From positions 3,892-20,888 of the forward strand of contig HG381679.1 in assembly GCA_000513175.1 (NCBI GenBank): DNA of 16,997 nucleotides, written 5' to 3'. The position numbers were made by a program, and so were the translations under genes. This stretch comes from Adineta vaga (Eukaryota). The notes under the pieces are model-generated. The model saw only the letters and a program-made list of their open reading frames with translations. It was not told where the DNA came from and did no database searches. Shown piece after piece: positions 10,455 through 16,997 of the stretch (its first letter is position 1; every line of letters begins with the position of its first letter).

Positions 10455-10476
10455 GGTGGTACATATATGTACCACC
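10455..10476. repeat. 22-bp perfect palindrome GGTGGTACATATATGTACCACC
   Basis: Left half GGTGGTACATA is the reverse complement of TATGTACCACC. Confidence 0.95.
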
Positions 10477-10557
10477 TAGCGAAAGTTTTTAATTTCCAAA
10501 TATGTTTGTGGTTTTTAAGATCTAGTAGGAATATTATCGAATGATGTACGAGTAAAG

Positions 10558-12371
10558 ATGGCGCTTCCTGAATTACGACAAATTGTCAACGAATTTAAAT
10601 CCCAAAAAATATCAAAACAATTAAAAAGACGTGCTCAACGAGAATATAAAATTATTCAAAGTCTACGTCGATTATTACGTGAACGACCTGATATTATGAT
10701 TTGTCGAACAGAAAAGACCAAAACATTATATATTGGTAATCGAATGACAATGACTCGTAAAGCATACGAATATATGACTAAAACATCAGCTTATGAAGAA
10801 ATTACTGATAATGGTTCACCTTTAACTTTTATATTACAAGGTCTACATACATTACTTGATTCTATTGTGCGCACACATGGTCTAACTGATAAACAACGTA
10901 AAAAATTACTTCCAAATTTAAATCGTGTAGAATTAGCACATTATCATGGTTTACCAAAGACACATAAGATAGGAAACAAAACGCATTATTTTATTTATTT
11001 TTTAATAATTCTACTTTTAAAATTTAATATAGGATGGAATACCATTATGACCTATTATTGCATCTATTCATTCACCGAAAACATTGCTGTCGAAATTTCT
11101 AAATGATCTTCTTGCACCTATCTATCTACAAGTGGCACGTGACACAACATTTATTAATGATATCGATTTAATACGAAAATTAGAAACTCATGTTAACCAA
11201 GGTTTTTTTAATTCAACCACAAAATTTGTTATAGCTGACGTGAAAAATCTTTATACGATGGTACCAAGAGATGGTGCAATACTAGTATTGGCTAAATTTT
11301 TAGAAAAATATGCAAAAAATAGAAAAATCGGTACATTGACAATTGATCATATACTACGTATGGCTCGTTTCATATTGGATACAAATTATTTTGTTTATAA
11401 TGATAAATACTACAAACAAATACGTGGTGGAGCCATGGGTTCCGCTTTCACACAAGTTCTAGCCAATATTTATATGTTTGAATGGGAACAAGACTTAATT
11501 GCATATATACACCAACATAATGGAATCTATGGCAGGTATGTAATGTATTCACCAACGAAATAGATTTATTCTATTATTTTTCTTCCTTAGATATATTGAT
11601 GATATCTTCATCGTTACGAATCAACCAATTGCCGAGGTACAAGTGGAATTACAAAAAGCTCAAATCAAAGATATTAATATTGAGATAACACCAGAAATTA
11701 GTTTGTCAGTCAATTTTCTCGATGTATCAATTACTAATGAAAATGGTCAATTAAGAACATCGATCTATCATAAACCAACTGCCGAACCATACATATTACC
11801 TTATACATCAGATCATCCACGTCATATTCATCGTAATATACCATATACAGCTTTATTACGTGCAGCTCGTCTTTGTTCACATGTCGAAGACTTTAATACA
11901 GAACGTATTCGTATTGACATGTCTCTCTTATTAAATAATTATCCACCAAGATTTATCACTTACCAATTTAAAAACTTTTTTCACAACTACAATGCACTTC
12001 CTGTCTTAGAACAATTAGATACAGATATCTATCAACGATTACATCATGAAGTACTACATAAACCTTCACGACGTGAAAAACAATTGAATACCTCGATAAA
12101 AGATCCAGTTCAATATCCTGCTGTCTTACAAAAAAAACCATGGAATAAATCAATTATGTATGTAAAATATAAATATGATAGTGCTCTAACAACACACTTT
12201 CCAAAACAATTCAATCAATGGTGGAATAAACATTTTAAATATGGCCCCAATGATCTGAATAATGCACGCATTCTTCTGATAGGAAACACCAATCGAACAC
12301 TTGAACAATACTTAATCCATAAAAAACCATCAAAAGAAATACTAACCAAAATACAATCAACAGAAAACTAA
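10558..12371 (+). pseudogene. Penelope-like element reverse transcriptase, Athena-type, EN-minus; exons 10558-10968, 11033-11535, 11591-12371
   Basis: Motifs LAHYHGLPKTHK|DGIPL*PIIASIHSP, DVKNLYTMVPRDGA, GGAMGSAFTQVLANIYMFEWE, R|YIDDIFIVTNQ, VNFLDVSITNENG..YHKPTAE..LPYTSDHPRH. Intron 2 (11536-11590) has GT-AG. Intron 1 (10969-11032) reads AT...AG and TGA at 11048-11050 sits where Arg is expected. No GIY-YIG domain before the stop at 12371. Confidence 0.9.
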
Positions 12372-12723
12372 TATCATTTGTGCATTTAAATTTCAACAAA
12401 AAACACTTTTCCTCTCTCATTCAATACTAATGTACAATTCCTCCTATTTTCCTTCACTAACAAAAAGACTATTTCTTTTTTTCTTCAAATAAAACCCATT
12501 CATTATTCCTCTGTTACTCACCTATCATTCTCGCTTCCATCTCTTCATAAACACATCTATGTAATCCTTTTTAGATTATACACATTTACATATGCAAACC
12601 TCCAAACCAAGACTAATTATCTATTACATATTGATGACAAGTAATGTATCATTCATATATCATAAACTTCTTTCTTCTATCTTCAGACTCAGCAGACTAG
12701 CCGAACAAGTGACCAAATCGCGA

Positions 12724-12980
12724 TCGTACGATTGCTTTGAATTATTTTGTTATCTGTAAACTCACCATTTACGTAAGAAATCATTATATTCTATACATTT
12801 CATGTAATTACTATTATATATATATGTTAGATGTTTCCTTCTTTAAGTTAACTTCTATAATTTACATGACTAATTATTATATAGTTTCATATAGTTCTTA
12901 ACATACCCGTTGAGTTCCTTAAGCAAGAACGAAACATGTCGTATGACTGCTTTGAACTATATTCTTATTTGTAAACTCAC
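12724..12980 (+). repeat. two copies of a ~43-bp element-tail sequence, ~215 bp apart (12724-12766 and 12939-12980)
   Basis: TCGTACGATTGCTTTGAATTATTTTGTTATCTGTAAACTCACC versus TCGTATGACTGCTTTGAACTATATTCTTATTTGTAAACTCACC. Confidence 0.8.
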
Positions 12981-13011
12981 CCTCACCCTCACCCTCACCC
13001 TCAAACTCACC
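12976..13011 (-). repeat. C-rich telomere-like tract (CTCACC)n
   Basis: ctcaccctcaccctcaccctcaccctcaaactcacc read directly. Confidence 0.85.
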
Positions 13012-13345
13012 TTAGTTGTTACGACCTTGTTACGAATAAAGATCTTAGTTTCGTAATAGAGTTATGGAAAATGTAGTAACTCTAATGTCCTGATATGTAC
13101 ATTGATATCTTTTGATTATCTTTTGATTATCTTTTGATTTTCTTAAGATATCATTTATGTATCGTGGATTAAGAGTTCTGTTTTGCTACATTCGAAGTTT
13201 CTTTTGTTGCTTAACTAGGTTCTTATAGTCCTCGTGCAACAATAAGAATCCTTATTAGTTAATCATTTGATCATTAATGTCCTGAACTATCGATTTTTGA
13301 TTTATTCAGAGTTTTGATATGTTGTTATTAACTAACAGAAGAAAA

Positions 13346-13416
13346 AGTCAGATAGTTTAATTGGTAAAATAGCCGACCAGTTATCGGAAGATGTGGGTTC
13401 GAGTCCTGCTCTGATT
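13346..13416 (+). tRNA. tRNA-like sequence, likely pseudogene or SINE head (anticodon position reads AGT)
   Basis: Cloverleaf by hand: acceptor AGTCAGA/TCTGATT 7 bp (1 wobble), D arm GTTT-AATTGGTA-AAAT, anticodon arm GCCGA-CCAGTTA-TCGGA (4/5 pairs, position 33 is C), T arm GTGGG-TTCGAGT-CCTGC, box B GGTTCGAGTCC. Confidence 0.6.
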
Positions 13417-13553
13417 TAATGATCTTTTTGAATAAGTTTCTCGTACTTATTCAAGCATATCTCTGTGGATACTTTGAATAAATTCGACTCTTTAGTCTTG
13501 CGGACAAATGAGAAGATTTCTAATGAATGATTCTTTCATCATCTATTTTCAAA
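13346..13553 (+). repeat. tRNA-headed unit, copy A
   Basis: tRNA-like head 13346-13416, then a spacer alignable with copy B, ending CTATTTTC directly before AAACTCACCC. Confidence 0.7.
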
Positions 13554-13595
13554 CTCACCCCTCACCCTCACCCTCACCCTCACCCCTCACCCTCA
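13554..13595 (-). repeat. C-rich telomere-like tract (CTCACC)n
   Basis: ctcacccctcaccctcaccctcaccctcacccctcaccctca read directly. Confidence 0.85.
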
Positions 13596-13782
13596 GCACG
13601 AAGAGAAGACACGTCTCATGTTAATCCATAGTGAAATGCGTGTATAATGTGAGCACTCACGAGTGTCTCATGAATAAACGTAGAAGCAAGAAGAAGCGAG
13701 TATGTTAGATGCTATGAAAGTCGAATGGTTGTAGTGGCCGGCGCCATGGACATCAGCAGCATGGGTGACTTGTTCGTGGCGA

Positions 13783-15090
13783 TCACTTTGCTCTAATGAA
13801 GGCGGCGAACAGTGATGTGCGTGCGATTCTTGTTCGCCAGCGCTGAATGGCCTCGATGAAATCTTTCATGTACGATTGTGAAGGAACGATGAAGACAACG
13901 AAAATCAACATGGGCGGCGCAAAGGAGATGAAGTAGCCAATTACATAGAGACGCGCATTGCGTGGCGATTTCATGCATCCGGATAGGAATGAGATGATCA
14001 GACGAGGCACGGCTAAGATCGCCAACATGGTTGGTGAAATGAGCAGATGCTTGTGTTGTTTGATCTGTTCGCGTAGAATCTCCTTGTATGATTGCTTTTT
14101 ATCGACTTTTGCTCGACGACGAGCGGCAGCGATGATGATGATCAACGCACAAAAGCAATTGGCCGCGAGTGGCACGAAGAAATGCAAGGCATTGACCACT
14201 CGATCGAACACTTCGATGGATGGTGTGTACTGAGCGATGCAGAACGTGCGCGACTCTTCTTCATCGTCGACGAGACCGCGATGCAAAGGATCATGGATGT
14301 GTGTACCGACGGTGAAGAGCATGACGAATAGAATGACCCATTTCACGGTACGTTTACTCTTGACTTTGTCGAATGTCACTCCTTGAACAATCGTCACTGC
14401 TCGTTCGATCGCCACACAAGCACTGAGCCAATCGCTACAGCTGAGCAGAACGCGAACAAGAAAGTCCAGACAGCGACACTGACCACCGAGACTAGTACGG
14501 GTACGAAGAGTGCCGATCTGTGAGGCGATCAGTATGGCGAACTTGACGATTAGGACGTTGATCATGATGAGTGAAATCACTGATGAAGCAAAAATATACA
14601 GACCACAGCTAGTGCTGGACGCGGTCTTCGCGCGGACGGTGATCATCGATAACACACTGCTGAGGAATCCCACGGCGAACATCAACGTAGTCAGGGTGAT
14701 GGTCATTTTGACAATGTACTTTTGATTGTCGAGTTTGACGTGCGGTCGAATTTGATAGCCAAAGATGAGGTCCAAGGAAAGCGAAGATCCGTGAGTGGAA
14801 AGGTGACATCGCGAACCGACGTAACAATCTTGGCAGACACAGAACGACGATATTTGACAGAGTTGATCATCTTGTAGGCATTGCCCGGCATTTTCACACG
14901 GTGAATGTCCACGGCAATCGTACGTCATGTTGTAATTGAACTTGAAGCAATTGGCTTGTCGCGAAGGCTCACAGATGCAGAAATGGTCGAAGTCATGAAA
15001 ACACTGCAACGCGGACTGTTGCAGACAGGGCAGATGATAGAGTTTGATGCGCTTGATGATGTGTTGATTGACAATGGTCGTGTTGAACAA
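13783..15090 (-). CDS. EGF-like domain plus rhodopsin-like 7TM receptor, N-terminally incomplete
   Basis: 435-codon ORF. EGF-like: YDCRGHSPCENAGQCLQDDQLCQISSFCVCQDCYVGSRC. Multiple hydrophobic segments (IVKMTITLTTLMFAVGFLSSVLSMITV; CGLYIFASSVISLIMINVLIV; VLLSCSDWLSACVAIERAVTI; VKWVILFVMLFTVG; LHFFVPLAANCFCALIIIIAAA; YVIGYFISFAPPMLIFVVFIV). The ORF opens at a non-ATG codon with no signal peptide. Confidence 0.8.
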   Translation of the reverse strand: MFNTTIVNQHIIKRIKLYHLPCLQQSALQCFHDFDHFCICEPSRQANCFKFNYNMTYDCRGHSPCENAGQCLQDDQLCQISSFCVCQDCYVGSRCHLSTHGSSLSLDLIFGYQIRPHVKLDNQKYIVKMTITLTTLMFAVGFLSSVLSMITVRAKTASSTSCGLYIFASSVISLIMINVLIVKFAILIASQIGTLRTRTSLGGQCRCLDFLVRVLLSCSDWLSACVAIERAVTIVQGVTFDKVKSKRTVKWVILFVMLFTVGTHIHDPLHRGLVDDEEESRTFCIAQYTPSIEVFDRVVNALHFFVPLAANCFCALIIIIAAARRRAKVDKKQSYKEILREQIKQHKHLLISPTMLAILAVPRLIISFLSGCMKSPRNARLYVIGYFISFAPPMLIFVVFIVPSQSYMKDFIEAIQRWRTRIARTSLFAAFIRAK

Positions 15091-15100
15091 CTCGTCGATC

Positions 15101-15120
15101 GGTGGGTGGATGTGGGTGTG
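15101..15120 (+). repeat. short G-rich telomere-like tract GGTGGGTGGATGTGGGTGTG
   Basis: Read directly at the upstream edge of the receptor ORF. Confidence 0.6.
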
Positions 15121-15422
15121 TTTAAAGAAATCAAACTACCACAATCTAGATTTCGATTCCTATTTAACAGAATCGTTCATCAGATGGTAAAGAAATTCTG
15201 CAATATCAGTAAACTAAAGAAAATTTTTTGAAATTTCGTAGATTTTTAGAAAGTTTTCAAGAAAGGACTGCATAGAATGTTACATGGGCGAAAAAAGTAA
15301 ATTCTATTAAAAGGCAAAGACATATAAACAGGGCGTATGAATTGATATGCAATTGTTTAAACGGTCATTTAATTAAAGAGAGGGCTTAATATTGGTCTTT
15401 GCGATGGCGGCTTTTATTTCTA

Positions 15423-15997
15423 TTATGGGATGGAATTGTGATAGCCGTAGTAGAAAAGAATTTGTTGAATTGTTTGGAAGGGAAGTATGAGATGTTTTGG
15501 TTTTTCTGTTGCTTTCTTCGATGGATATTGTTTATAACCATGTAATTTTGATAGGAATCGGCCGAATTCTAGACAGTTAAAGTCTCCTCTAATATAGTCA
15601 TTCCATGCCAAAATATTTTGGGTAACTTTGTAATTACAACATGTACCAGTAATTGTGTCGAGAAATCGAGTTCTTTTATTGATTTTGTTCTTAAAAATAG
15701 TTTGTATATATAATTCTTTTAGAGGGTATAATGGATTTATTTCTTGGCCGACACAAAGATATTGTATTTCTTCATCATAAAGTTCTTGTCGAATATAATT
15801 CATAATAGTGTGTTTTGAAGTAGTAGTCCATGATATAATAGCTGATGATTCTGAATTATGTTGAATTGGCTCTCGAAGAGAAGATGGTGGTGGCTCTTGT
15901 AGATTAAATTGACATAGGTTAGCAATAGTTGGTCGATCAAGATCAGCATATTTACTGTACCAAGATTGACAATTAGGCTTTTTATCTGTTTGATCGA
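15423..15997 (-). CDS. exon of an unidentified protein
   Basis: Open from a CTTACAG| acceptor: DQTDKKPNCQSWYSKYADLDRPTIANLCQFNLQEPPPSSLREPIQHNSESSAIISWTTTSKHTIMNYIRQELYDEEIQYLCVGQEINPLYPLKELYIQTIFKNKINKRTRFLDTITGTCCNYKV...IP*. Confidence 0.5.
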
Positions 15998-16557
15998 CTG
16001 TAAGTTGAAAAGATGTTTACATTGTAAATTCTGATGATTTTTTGATGAATAGGGTCAAGTAGTTAGATCTTAGATGATGAGCTGTAGGTTAATTGTGTTT
16101 TCGAAGCTTAATTTTTGATGGAAGTTGTTGTAATATACATATATATCTAGAGAGGGAACGATGGCAAAAGATCAATTCATGTCTACAAGATTTAAGGAAT
16201 GTTATATTGATTAATACATTTCTAGTCTAATGAAAATAGTCTATAGGACGTATGTTTTCGTAAAATAAAGATGGTATGCATGATCTATAGAAGTGGGTAT
16301 TATTATGAGGTAAATTGTTGGTTTTCGGAATATAAAGAATCGTAAGTACCATTATTTACGCCATAAGTACTCTGTAAGTGTTTGGAATCATCCATGCTGT
16401 GTTGTTTGTTTGTTAGATCTTGAGTAATTTTATCGATTCGAACATTAATTAAATCTATATGTGAACGATTGCATTTTTTTCGAGTGTTTACCGTACCACT
16501 ATACTCTATAATAAATTATACATCAAAGTGAAAGGGTGAAGAAAATGACTGAGAAAT

Positions 16558-16965
16558 CTAGTCACCTGTATCTAATGTTAAGTTTCGTCGCGTTTTTTTA
16601 TGAACCAAAGAACGATAGAAATATGAAAGTATAATTGCAAAGAATATTACTAGCAGAATACAGGCAATAATAGTTTGGTGATGTTGAGTTTTTAGAGTGT
16701 GTAGGAATCGGTCAATGCTCGTTGATGATTCTGATATATCCGTTATTGAAGATATTTCTGAATTAGTTGGTGTGCCCATTATCCATGATGTCGTTGTAGA
16801 AATTTGTGTATCTGATTTTGGTTCAACCACTTGAACATTGTAGTGTTCTAAGTTCTGTAGAAAATCGGCGGTTGAAGAAAAGTTAGTCTTTAACATGTTC
16901 GCTCGTGGTCTATATTCAAATTGAAGTTGACCATTCATCATAACAAGATTCTTCAATGAACTCAT
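16558..16965 (-). CDS. unidentified protein with one transmembrane segment
   Basis: 135-aa ORF MSSLKNLVMMNGQLQFEYRPRANML... with TM segment TIIACILLVIFFAIILSYFYRSLVHKK. Confidence 0.45.
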   Translation of the reverse strand: MSSLKNLVMMNGQLQFEYRPRANMLKTNFSSTADFLQNLEHYNVQVVEPKSDTQISTTTSWIMGTPTNSEISSITDISESSTSIDRFLHTLKTQHHQTIIACILLVIFFAIILSYFYRSLVHKKTRRNLTLDTGD

Positions 16966-16997
16966 ATTTGTAATTGTTTAATATCAATGAAGTGAAA

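Noticed and set aside
12322-12330. Possible GIY-YIG remnant in the RT C-terminus (RILLIGNTNR resembles YIGxT)
   Set aside because: No GIY motif, catalytic Arg/Glu context or Cys-containing linker; the same position in the 3120-3380 copy reads VMITALTNP, so it is part of the EN-less C-terminus. The coordinates are approximate.
11968-12420. Minus-strand ORFs opposite RT exon 3 (11968-12153, 12235-12420)
   Set aside because: Antisense to well-supported RT coding sequence; no domain features.
13346-13416. Functional tRNA-Thr gene
   Set aside because: Position 33 is C rather than T, one anticodon-stem mismatch, a weak AT-rich D stem, and a second diverged copy embedded in the same repeat context; a tRNA-derived repeat is more likely.
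13793-15231. ORFs overlapping the receptor on the opposite strand and other frames (13793-13978, 13958-14233, 14092-14331, 14510-14725, 14609-14827, 14703-14912, 14905-15231, 14925-15134)
   Set aside because: They lie within the 435-codon receptor ORF, have low-complexity, non-domain-like sequence, and are explained as shadow ORFs.

Overview
The window looks eukaryotic: AT-rich DNA, ORFs split by 55-68 nt introns, and interstitial G/C-asymmetric telomere-like tracts of TGTGGG and TGAGGG type. The most likely source is bdelloid-rotifer subtelomeric DNA (inference from repeat type and gene families). Main content: (1) a Penelope-like (Athena-type, no visible GIY-YIG endonuclease) reverse transcriptase in three exons, 10558-12371, with a damaged first splice donor and an in-frame TGA in the PLRPI motif; (2) a second, 5'-truncated and frameshifted copy of the RT C-terminus at about 2974-3380, recognised by comparison with the first, followed by an uncharacterised split ORF (3557-4189); (3) several short telomere-like tracts, including a head-to-head pair (2479-2520 G-rich / 2533-2600 C-rich) that looks like a fossil telomere fusion; (4) a repeated unit of about 210 bp (5255-5473 and 13346-13553) consisting of a tRNA-like head, a conserved spacer and a 3' end that runs into CTCACCC repeats. 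The last ~20 nt of this unit nearly match the 3' end of the sequence downstream of the PLE RT, so it may be a tRNA-derived SINE mobilised at chromosome ends by an Athena-like RT; (5) an EGF-domain 7TM receptor ORF (13783-15090, minus) whose 5' end abuts a G-rich telomere-like tract; (6) a degraded MAM-like gene (7687-9517), a split two-TM protein gene (6225-6973, minus) and an unidentified membrane/soluble gene region (15423-16965, minus); (7) a possible hammerhead ribozyme core at 4666-4699. The layered order of elements and C-rich tracts fits repeated additions to a chromosome end lying to the left. The strongest candidate for something undescribed is the tRNA-headed, telomere-tailed unit sharing its 3' end with the PLE.
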